Assembly: GCA_015064445.1 (NCBI GenBank)
Contig: SVSE01000006.1
Span: 2,358 to 66,357 of the forward strand
From: Oscillospiraceae bacterium
GTDB taxonomy: Bacteria > Bacillota > Clostridia > Oscillospirales > CAG-272
Length of the DNA: 64,000 nt
Direction of reading: 5' to 3'
In this document: piece after piece, positions 1 to 7,030 of the stretch
Layout: the number at the start of each line of letters is the position of its first letter
Numbering within the stretch: position 1 is the first letter of the stretch
The notes under the pieces: generated by a model
What the model saw: only the letters and a program-made list of their open reading frames with translations
What the model was told of the DNA's origin: nothing
The model's database searches: none
Made by a program: the position numbers and the translations under genes

Positions 1-11
1 GAGTTTGAAAA

Positions 12-1031
12 ATGAATAATTATCCTAAAGTTAATTATATAGGAAATAAGGAAAAGTTGGCTGAATGGATTATACAAAAATTGCCTATTGAAAAAGGGAC
101 GGTTTTGGACTTGTTCTGCGGAGGATGTTCAGTTTCTTATGCTTTAAAGGAGCAAGGTTTTAATGTTATTAGCAATGATGCGCTTTTTTCTAATTACGTT
201 ATAGCAAAGGCAATTATTGAAAACAACAATGAACTTTTATCTAAAGAGGATATCAATGTTGATATTTCAAAAGAAAATCAAGAATTAAAATATAAAGAGT
301 TGGAGTTTTTAATCAATAATTTATATTTTGCGGAAGAAGTAAGTGAATTAGCAAACTTAATCTCAATAAGTGAACAGTTGGATGGATATAAAAAATATTT
401 ATTCTTATCATTGTTACGTCGTTCTATGATTCGAAAAATTCCTTATTCTAGAATGAATATTAAATGGGATGAGATAAAAAAATTAAGAGATGAAGATTAC
501 AGTTATAAAAAATATGGTAGGTATAGACATTATCATAATATTTCATTTTTAGAACATATTTTGGAAAATCTTCAAGACTATAATAAAGCCGTGATAAATA
601 CGAAGGCGACATGCATTGCTACCAATTATGACGCTTTAGACTGTTTGAAAAATCTTACCCAACCAGTTGATGTTGTATATATGGACCCCCCATATCCGTC
701 AACAATGAATAAATATGACGAATTTTATGGTTCTTTTGATGTGGCAATGTCAAGGGAAGTGGAGATAAAGACTGACTTAACTAATAAGAATACTTTTTTA
801 GAAAATTTTACTGAAATTATAAAATTATGTGTGGGCAAAACGAAATATATTGCAATTAGCTTAAACAATAAAAGTTTTCCATCTGCTGAGCTTTTATTAA
901 AACACATATCTAATTTTATAGATGAGTACACCCTATCGGCTAAAGAACACGTTTATAAAGTAACGGGCAAAGAAAATAAAAAAACAAACATAGAAATTTT
1001 GTTAATTTGCAAAATGAAGGAGTTATTATGA
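12..1031 (+). CDS. N6-adenine DNA methyltransferase, Dam-like (D12 class; SAM motif first, DPPY second)
   Basis: 339-aa ORF. It has N-terminal 'YIGNKEKL', a SAM-binding 'DLFCGGCSVSYA' (FxGxG) motif and, about 190 aa later, the catalytic 'VVYMDPPYPS'. The gene is very AT-rich (a spot-counted 60-nt line had 13/60 G+C). Confidence 0.85.
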   Translation: MNNYPKVNYIGNKEKLAEWIIQKLPIEKGTVLDLFCGGCSVSYALKEQGFNVISNDALFSNYVIAKAIIENNNELLSKEDINVDISKENQELKYKELEFLINNLYFAEEVSELANLISISEQLDGYKKYLFLSLLRRSMIRKIPYSRMNIKWDEIKKLRDEDYSYKKYGRYRHYHNISFLEHILENLQDYNKAVINTKATCIATNYDALDCLKNLTQPVDVVYMDPPYPSTMNKYDEFYGSFDVAMSREVEIKTDLTNKNTFLENFTEIIKLCVGKTKYIAISLNNKSFPSAELLLKHISNFIDEYTLSAKEHVYKVTGKENKKTNIEILLICKMKELL

Positions 1032-1414
1032 GCAAAAGAGTTGTAGTAAATCAGCATTATGAAGATTATTGGGATTTAACTATGGCATGGACGGCTTATA
1101 CTGAAGATAAGTTCAATAAAGCTTTACGTATTATTGTAGAGTTTATTGATTCCGAGGTTGATAGTAGTTCTATTGGACTAACAAGTGATCTATATCAAAA
1201 ATTGCAAAGAAAATTGATTAAAGAAATGAAAATAGATGATGCATCAATACGAAAAGGAATCAATCAATTTTTCAAATTGGGATTCATTAATAACGGGGGA
1301 AAATCCTACCACCCTTTGACTAAAAAGTTTTTGTCATCTACTGATAATGAGGAAAAGCGAATTTTATACTCTAAAATCATGTATGAAAACGCAAGTTTTT
1401 CTAGGTCAGGTTAA
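1028..1414 (+). CDS. 129-aa ORF translationally coupled to the methyltransferase; possible truncated restriction-endonuclease remnant (family unassigned)
   Basis: The ATG at 1028 overlaps the methyltransferase stop (ATGA). The ORF is too short for a typical type II endonuclease. It is followed by AT-rich non-coding DNA with no continuing frame. Confidence 0.4.
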   Translation: MSKRVVVNQHYEDYWDLTMAWTAYTEDKFNKALRIIVEFIDSEVDSSSIGLTSDLYQKLQRKLIKEMKIDDASIRKGINQFFKLGFINNGGKSYHPLTKKFLSSTDNEEKRILYSKIMYENASFSRSG

Positions 1415-1582
1415 ATGTTTTTCAAGGTTAAAAATTTATCAATAGATATATAATATATTTTTATTATTAATCAGGGCGGGAATTGTAAACTTTAATAGAA
1501 AACTTTATAGGGCGGGGCTAAATGTCTTGCCCTTTGTTTTACAAAAAAGAACGTAAAAATTGTTCGTTTTACGCTCAAATTG

Positions 1583-1678
1583 GCTCACCAACAAAGCGAA
1601 AAGGACACTCACAGGAGTGTCCTTTTTGCTTTGCTGACGGTCCATACAGGACCGAATCGAACCCATTTTCAAACCTGT
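1583..1678. repeat. 96-nt direct repeat, copy 1 (contains a terminator-like hairpin GGACACTC-ACAG-GAGTGTCC)
   Basis: Aligns base-for-base with 3967-4062 at a constant offset of 2384 nt with 6 mismatches. Hairpin at 1603-1622 sits inside a longer stem, 1592-1633. A second hairpin, CGGTCC-ATACA-GGACCG, lies at 1638-1654. Confidence 0.9.
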
Positions 1679-1721
1679 TCTGAATAAATGCGCGCTTGCG
1701 AGCTTTCTCGTGATAAAATAA

Positions 1722-1750
1722 TTGATTTTTTTTGCGTTTTGTGATAGAAT
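1722..1750 (+). promoter_or_regulatory. sigma-A-type promoter for the rhamnosidase gene
   Basis: TTGATT (1722-1727), a 17-nt spacer ending in TGA, then TAGAAT (1745-1750). The RBS AAGGAG lies upstream of the ATG at 1781. Confidence 0.5.
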
Positions 1751-1780
1751 AACATTAGATATTAAACAAGGAGCGCAACT

Positions 1781-3916
1781 ATGTTAGAAAATTCATTTTG
1801 GATTTCATATCCCACCAAAGAGGACTACACCTGTCCTGTATTTAAAAAGAAATTTACTGTTTCTAAGGAAATTAAAAAAGCGACACTAAAAATCACTTCT
1901 CTTGGCTGTTATTATGCTGAGCTTAATGGCGCAAGAATCGGTGATTTTATTTTAGCACCGGGCTGGACATACTATAAGCGCGCTCAAATGCAAACGTATG
2001 ATATTACTCATATGTTAAATAATGAAAATGAAATCAAAGCAACGCTTTCCTGCGGTTGGTTTAACGGTAGAATTAATATAAGAACCAGAAAAGAGCTTCC
2101 GGACGTATATCCCGCATTGATTTGCGAAATCGAGATTATATACAAGGACAACACCAAGGAATATATTTATTCGGATAAAGACTGGGAATGCGCTCTTAGC
2201 AAAATTACATTTTCCGACATTTACGACGGTGAAAGCTATGACGCTACATATGAGGAAAAATTTGTCCCCGTAAAGGTACAGGATTATAGCGAATTTAAAA
2301 TTGTTAAGCAGCAGGGCGAGATTGTCAAGGAACAAGAAGTTATTTACCCTCAAAGCATTTTTAAAACGCCAAAGGGCGAAACTGTTATCGACTTCGGTCA
2401 AAACATGACAGGATATTTTGAAATTAACCTTGATGCAAAGAGGGGCGACAAGGTTTCCTTGTCCGTTGCCGAGGTGCTTGATAAGGACGGAAATTTCTAC
2501 ACGGAAAACTACCGTAGCGCAAAGGCAAAATTTGATTACGTCTGCGCTGACGGGCATCAGGTATACAAGCCAAAGCTATGCTTCTGGGGCTTTAGATATA
2601 TTCGTGTGGATGAATTTCCTTGCGAGGTTACAAAGGATAGCATAAAAGCGATTGTTCTTCATTCTAATATGAAGAGAACGGGCTACCTCGATTCATCAAA
2701 TCCGTTGCTTAATCAGCTCTTTTCAAATATTGTTTGGGGACAAAAGGGCAATTTTCTTGATATCCCCACCGACTGTCCTCAAAGAGATGAAAGACTTGGT
2801 TGGACAGGAGATGCACAGGTATTTATAAGAACCGCATCATATAACTATAACGTTGAAAAATTCTTTGACAAGTGGCTTGAGGACCTTCGCCTTGAGCAAA
2901 AGAGAGAAGGCTTGATTCCTTTCTGCATCCCTCAGGTACACGACAAACCGGGAAGCTCTACCGCCGTATGGAGTGATGCTTCAACCGTATGTCCCTGGCA
3001 AATTTATCTAACCTATGCAAACAAAAAAATTCTTGCAAGACAATTTAAGTCTATGTGTGATTATGTAGAAGAAATCGGCAGAATTACCAAGGAAAAGTAT
3101 CTTTGGTACGGTTGTTGGCACTTCGGAGATTGGCTTGGACTTGATGCACCCGCAGGCAGCTACAAGGGCTCAAGCAATTCTGACATTATTGCTACAATTT
3201 TCTATGCTTACTCCGTCAGTCTCATTATTAAGGCGGGCAAGGTGCTTGGAAAAAATGTGTCGAAATACGAGCGTCTACATGGCAAAATTTTAGAAAAGGG
3301 CAGAAAAACATTTACCGAGTTTAATACACAAACCGAATGCGTTATTGCTCTGTACTTCGATTTTGCATTGGATAAAAAAGCAGTTGCCGATAGGCTGGCA
3401 AACATGATTATAGAAAACGGCAAAAAACTCAAAACGGGATTTGTCGGCACTCCGTATCTGCTGCATGCGTTATCGCAAAACGGCTACACAGAGCTTGCTT
3501 ATGATTTGCTCCTCCAAGAGGAATTTCCATCTTGGTTGTATTCCGTTAAGCAAGGTGCTACTACAGTGTGGGAGCACTGGGACGGAATAAACGATAAGGG
3601 CGAATTTTGGTCTAAGGATATGAACTCCTTTAACCACTACGGATTAGGAAGTGTGGCTGACTGGGTTTACGGAGTTGCCTGTGGCATTCAAACCGTTGAG
3701 GAAAAGCCCGGTTTTGAGGAGATTGTAATTAATCCTCATCCAACTGACAAGCTTGACCATTTAAGCGCTTCTATTGATACACTAAGAGGAATAGTATCAT
3801 CCAAATGGTATCATAAGGACGGAAAAATAAGATATGAAATTACAACGCCTGTAAAAACCACAATTATAATCGACGGCAAGGCACAGGTTGTGGAGAAGGG
3901 CAGCTATATATTCTGA
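1781..3916 (+). CDS. alpha-L-rhamnosidase, glycoside hydrolase family 78
   Basis: 711-aa ORF carrying the GH78 hallmark 'DIPTDCPQRDERLGWTGDAQVF'. No signal peptide is evident. Confidence 0.9.
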   Translation: MLENSFWISYPTKEDYTCPVFKKKFTVSKEIKKATLKITSLGCYYAELNGARIGDFILAPGWTYYKRAQMQTYDITHMLNNENEIKATLSCGWFNGRINIRTRKELPDVYPALICEIEIIYKDNTKEYIYSDKDWECALSKITFSDIYDGESYDATYEEKFVPVKVQDYSEFKIVKQQGEIVKEQEVIYPQSIFKTPKGETVIDFGQNMTGYFEINLDAKRGDKVSLSVAEVLDKDGNFYTENYRSAKAKFDYVCADGHQVYKPKLCFWGFRYIRVDEFPCEVTKDSIKAIVLHSNMKRTGYLDSSNPLLNQLFSNIVWGQKGNFLDIPTDCPQRDERLGWTGDAQVFIRTASYNYNVEKFFDKWLEDLRLEQKREGLIPFCIPQVHDKPGSSTAVWSDASTVCPWQIYLTYANKKILARQFKSMCDYVEEIGRITKEKYLWYGCWHFGDWLGLDAPAGSYKGSSNSDIIATIFYAYSVSLIIKAGKVLGKNVSKYERLHGKILEKGRKTFTEFNTQTECVIALYFDFALDKKAVADRLANMIIENGKKLKTGFVGTPYLLHALSQNGYTELAYDLLLQEEFPSWLYSVKQGATTVWEHWDGINDKGEFWSKDMNSFNHYGLGSVADWVYGVACGIQTVEEKPGFEEIVINPHPTDKLDHLSASIDTLRGIVSSKWYHKDGKIRYEITTPVKTTIIIDGKAQVVEKGSYIF

Positions 3917-3966
3917 TAAAAGCATTATAGCATAATGAAAAATAAGTTCGTTTAAGCTTGCCACTC

Positions 3967-4062
3967 GCTCACCAGCAAAACGAAAAGGACACTCACAGGA
4001 GTGTCCTTTTTGCTTTGCTGACGGTCCATACAGAACCGAATCGAACCCATTCTCGCACCTGT
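3967..4062. repeat. 96-nt direct repeat, copy 2 (serves as terminator of the rhamnosidase gene)
   Basis: 90 of 96 positions match 1583-1678. The hairpin GGACACTC(3987-3994)-ACAG-GAGTGTCC(3999-4006) is followed by TTTTTGCTTTGC. Confidence 0.9.
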
Positions 4063-4170
4063 GCGAGTCGGGTTCGCATTTCTGACGAAAGCCGTTCTCT
4101 GCTTGCAAGGAAAAGGCTCGGCAGAAATATTGCCGTCAGGCATGCTTCCCGGGAAACACGGGTAACCAAA
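3967..4170. ncRNA. candidate structured non-coding element (~200 nt); strand and function unknown
   Basis: Seven consecutive helices can be drawn: 3975-3994/3999-4018, 4022-4027/4033-4038, 4042-4048/4070-4076 enclosing 4052-4058/4061-4067, 4082-4087/4134-4139 enclosing 4091-4094/4119-4122, and 4148-4151/4159-4162. The three small ORFs here overlap one another on both strands and lack an RBS. Confidence 0.3.
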
Positions 4171-4231
4171 ATGAAAAAAGTGTAAAAAAGTGTAAAAAAA
4201 TATTGACAAATCTTACAATTTGCAGTATAAT
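4171..4231 (+). promoter_or_regulatory. consensus sigma-A promoter with phased upstream A-tracts
   Basis: TTGACA (4203-4208), a 17-nt spacer, then TATAAT (4226-4231). Three A6-7 tracts at 4174-4179, 4184-4189 and 4194-4200 have 10-nt periodicity, resembling an UP element. Confidence 0.7.
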
Positions 4232-4250
4232 GGTGTTGTGAGGTGAGAAA

Positions 4251-4577
4251 ATGTTTATAACGGATATAATTTCCATTACAGAATTATCAAGATTAACAGG
4301 CAAAAGTCGACCAACAATTTATAAATACATAAATGATTATAATGCGAAAAACTATGACGATATCCCTTTTTCTATTATAGAGTTGTTTAGAATGTCTGCA
4401 GATGCTTCTAAGGCTGATATAATTGCATATTGTCACAAAACATATGGCCATTTTGATGTTGGTTGTGGCGATGTGGAGGTGCAAAAAATAATAAATTTAA
4501 TTTTAGAAAATAAAGAGCAAATAGACATTAGAAAACTTGAAACTTTTATTTTGGAGGAATTGAAAAATGACGAATGA
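4251..4577 (+). CDS. small helix-turn-helix protein (108 aa)
   Basis: N-terminal 'ITELSRLTGKSRPTIYKYI' is a typical HTH. The C-terminus is acidic and helical. The gene overlaps the next gene by 11 nt and is very AT-rich. Confidence 0.7.
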   Translation: MFITDIISITELSRLTGKSRPTIYKYINDYNAKNYDDIPFSIIELFRMSADASKADIIAYCHKTYGHFDVGCGDVEVQKIINLILENKEQIDIRKLETFILEELKNDE

Positions 4578-5580
4578 AATTAGCACCAAGCACATAAGGC
4601 TTTTCAAATCTTTGCAGTATCTAAGACTTCAATATTCTATGTATTTAGTAGATGAGGATTTGAGAAAAAATCAACCAACTATTGCAGATCAAGAAGAGGG
4701 CTTTTTCAAGAGTTTGGGGTCCGCAATAAAGAATGAGTTTAAATATAATAAGACAAACAAATTGCTTGTGGTAAAAAATAGAATTGATGCTGAAATAAAA
4801 AGATTTATAAGCAATACAAACGAAGTGTTATATAGTGGAAATCAAATTTCTTCCATTGTTAGCGAGATTTTTAAAAATGATATATATTATCTGGAAAAAA
4901 CCATTTTTTCAACAAGTATAGTTTTGGATGGCGAATATAATTACGAATACGAAAAAGAAACTTTAAATTATATATCAATGCTATTATGGAATAAAAACGA
5001 CCATCTATTAAATATGAGAAATAGCATTGAGAATATATATAAGGATTTGGCAAAGCAACCATTGAGTACAAATCAAAAATTATTGTTAGGTGGAACTACT
5101 GCATTGGTATTGTTGACGGCTACGGTGCCTGCATTAGCAATAGGTGGCTTGTCAGCATCGGGCATAACGGGTGGATTGGCTGGATTCGGCACGGCGGTCG
5201 GCCTTGGCGGAACTATGATTGAAGGTGTAGGTTTGATAGCTCTTGCAGAATTGTTATTAGATGGTGCTATTATAGGATTTACATATGCTTTGCTTGACAA
5301 TCACAATAAAAATGAAGTAAAAAAATCATTTAGAAAAATGAATTATAACGCTGTTGCCAAGATGTTAGCTATTAGGTGTTATGTTATGTATGTTGCAAAA
5401 CAAACGATGCCACCAAATGTTTTCAAGGAAAAAACGAGCGAATTGTTGCAAATGCTTCAAGATTTAAAGTCTGATACTGATTATGTTCTCTTAGTAGAAA
5501 GACAAAATATAGAAGAAAATAAAAAGAAAATTAGAGTTTTTCATAATTTGGATGATGAATTGGCAAAAATACTTTGTTAA
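4567..5580 (+). CDS. glycine-zipper multi-TM protein of unknown function (337 aa)
   Basis: A ~175-aa N/K/Y-rich N-terminal domain is followed by the hydrophobic Gly-rich core 'LLLGGTTALVLLTATVPALAIGGLSASGITGGLAGFGTAVGLGGTMIEGVGLIALAELLLDGAIIGF' (repeated GxxxG). A ~90-aa helical tail follows. I recognise no enzymatic motif. Confidence 0.65.
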   Translation: MTNEISTKHIRLFKSLQYLRLQYSMYLVDEDLRKNQPTIADQEEGFFKSLGSAIKNEFKYNKTNKLLVVKNRIDAEIKRFISNTNEVLYSGNQISSIVSEIFKNDIYYLEKTIFSTSIVLDGEYNYEYEKETLNYISMLLWNKNDHLLNMRNSIENIYKDLAKQPLSTNQKLLLGGTTALVLLTATVPALAIGGLSASGITGGLAGFGTAVGLGGTMIEGVGLIALAELLLDGAIIGFTYALLDNHNKNEVKKSFRKMNYNAVAKMLAIRCYVMYVAKQTMPPNVFKEKTSELLQMLQDLKSDTDYVLLVERQNIEENKKKIRVFHNLDDELAKILC

Positions 5581-5594
5581 TCATTGTTGTTCCC

Positions 5595-5627
5595 AAGGAC
5601 ACTCCCTGAGTGTCCTTTTAATTTTTT
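5595..5627 (+). terminator. intrinsic terminator of the HTH/glycine-zipper operon
   Basis: GGACACTC (5597-5604), loop CCT, GAGTGTCC (5608-5615), then TTTTAATTTTTT. The stem sequence matches the hairpins in the 96-nt repeats. Confidence 0.8.
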
Positions 5628-5663
5628 CGCCGATTTATTAAGAGCTTACAAGCGCCTTTATTA

Positions 5664-5692
5664 TTGACATTTTATATATTTTATGATAGTAT
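5664..5692 (+). promoter_or_regulatory. sigma-A-type promoter (extended -10)
   Basis: TTGACA (5664-5669), a 17-nt spacer ending in TGA, then TAGTAT (5687-5692). Confidence 0.55.
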
Positions 5693-5718
5693 ATCATTGT
5701 ATGAAAGAGGTGAGGTAA

Positions 5719-7017
5719 ATGGAGAAGCTATCGCTTGTATGTGAGCAGTGTGGCTCGGTTGAGGTCGAGCTAATAGATAGTGGCATTGCGAAATGCAGTC
5801 ACTGTGGCACAAAATTCCTTATTGTATCTAAAAAATCTAAAAACAAAAACGACAGCGCGTGGGATTTTGAGCCGATTCAGGGTGCATATGCAATAAAGCC
5901 TAACAAGGACATAGAGACCTTTAAAAGAAACGCAATAGTTGACCTTCTTTTATCTGATTCAGCACCTCTTGATATAAGCGAGGCAACCTTTGGCGAGCCA
6001 TATGAAAACATTACTCAAAGCCTGATTATCACAGTCTTTTACGATGGAGAGTGCATAGCAGACATAGGCTATAGACATTCTTTTGCCTCAAAATATTCCT
6101 TTGATGATAGCGATTTTATGTGGGAGCCCTTTACCAGAGCCTTTAGGACGGATGTAAAGTCGACATTGCCATTAGACAAGGGCGCGCATCCAAGCGAGTT
6201 TAGGCGTCCTAACCTAGTTGCCGAGGACACATTCCTTTCTTGTATGAAGGGGAAGCTCGACGCTGATAAGTATATATGCTCAATGGGCGACCTTGGCGTA
6301 GCTCCTGCCGAGCTTACTGAGGACATAATAAATGAAGCAATTAAAGATAACGAAGGGCATGTATCGAGCAACATTGACCTTCCAGGAGATAATCAAAAAA
6401 TAGTAAGCGTTACAGCAAGACATAAGGTTGTTTCCCTTATTAGAGTAGCCGAAAAGCAATACATACTCCCAGGCGAGTACAAGGGAGAGAAATTCGAGCT
6501 TGTCGCATCGTCAGGTGGATTAGGCGACGAAATTTCTATTTGCAAAAGATATTCATCCTCGTATTTCGACAAGGGCTGTTATAAATTCTCAGAGCTTGGA
6601 ATAAAAAGAGCCGACAACAAAGCTTGGGAAGGCGAAAGCGAGGCGGAAATGAAGCTCGAGGCCTATACTAAAGCAAGAGAAAAGGAAAATAAAAGAGTAC
6701 GAGGCTTTGCAACCTTTACAGGAATTGCTGGCGTTGTTGTGTGTGCATATTCGTTCTTTATCGGTGCACCGATTGTCGCACTTTCTATTGCTGGCTATGA
6801 GCTGTTCAAAAAGGCAAGAAATAAGCACTGGGAAAAGCGCATCGAGCCTTGCAAAAAGGAAATTGCCGATAGCAATCCATTGAAGCTTTCTAAGAAATTC
6901 CTTTATAAGCTAAAAAAGCTCGAGGAATGCTTGGCAGAAAAGGGACTTGACCCTGTTACTGATTCGGAAATAGAACGATATTCTAATCGTCGCTCATATG
7001 GAATAGGTCGTTACTAA
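5719..7017 (+). CDS. zinc-ribbon protein with C-terminal TM hairpin, unknown function (432 aa)
   Basis: N-terminal 'CEQCGSVEVELIDSGIAKCSHCG' has two CxxC pairs. A ~280-aa central domain has no motif I recognise. The segment 'FATFTGIAGVVVCAYSFFIGAPIVALSIAGYELF' is hydrophobic and is followed by a basic helical tail. The RBS is GAGGTGAGG. Confidence 0.7.
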   Translation: MEKLSLVCEQCGSVEVELIDSGIAKCSHCGTKFLIVSKKSKNKNDSAWDFEPIQGAYAIKPNKDIETFKRNAIVDLLLSDSAPLDISEATFGEPYENITQSLIITVFYDGECIADIGYRHSFASKYSFDDSDFMWEPFTRAFRTDVKSTLPLDKGAHPSEFRRPNLVAEDTFLSCMKGKLDADKYICSMGDLGVAPAELTEDIINEAIKDNEGHVSSNIDLPGDNQKIVSVTARHKVVSLIRVAEKQYILPGEYKGEKFELVASSGGLGDEISICKRYSSSYFDKGCYKFSELGIKRADNKAWEGESEAEMKLEAYTKAREKENKRVRGFATFTGIAGVVVCAYSFFIGAPIVALSIAGYELFKKARNKHWEKRIEPCKKEIADSNPLKLSKKFLYKLKKLEECLAEKGLDPVTDSEIERYSNRRSYGIGRY

Positions 7018-7030
7018 TAAAGGAGAAATT

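Noticed and set aside
4036-4050. tRNA-like T-arm (minus strand GGGTTCGATTCGG) in the 96-nt repeat, suggesting a tRNA fragment or att site
   Set aside because: The flanking bases do not form a 5-bp T-stem (G52 would face G62). No acceptor or anticodon arms can be drawn. Instead the GGGTTCG pairs with CGAACCC across a local hairpin.
4082-4139. Group II intron remnant (domain V-like GAGCC...GGCTT hairpin and GTGCG on the minus strand)
   Set aside because: I could not fit the 34-nt domain V consensus (AGC triad, 2-nt bulge, GNRA loop). No reverse-transcriptase ORF or other intron domains are nearby.
3797-4209. Three small ORFs (103, 85 and 75 aa) over the repeat/structured element
   Set aside because: They overlap each other on both strands, lack an RBS, and run through palindromic repeat sequence. 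The region is better explained as non-coding.
5680-5700. 'GTATATCATTG' in the 5719-gene promoter as a further copy of the TGTATATCATCA motif
   Set aside because: It is a single partial match overlapping the -10 region and has no flanking palindromes. It is probably an AT-rich coincidence.
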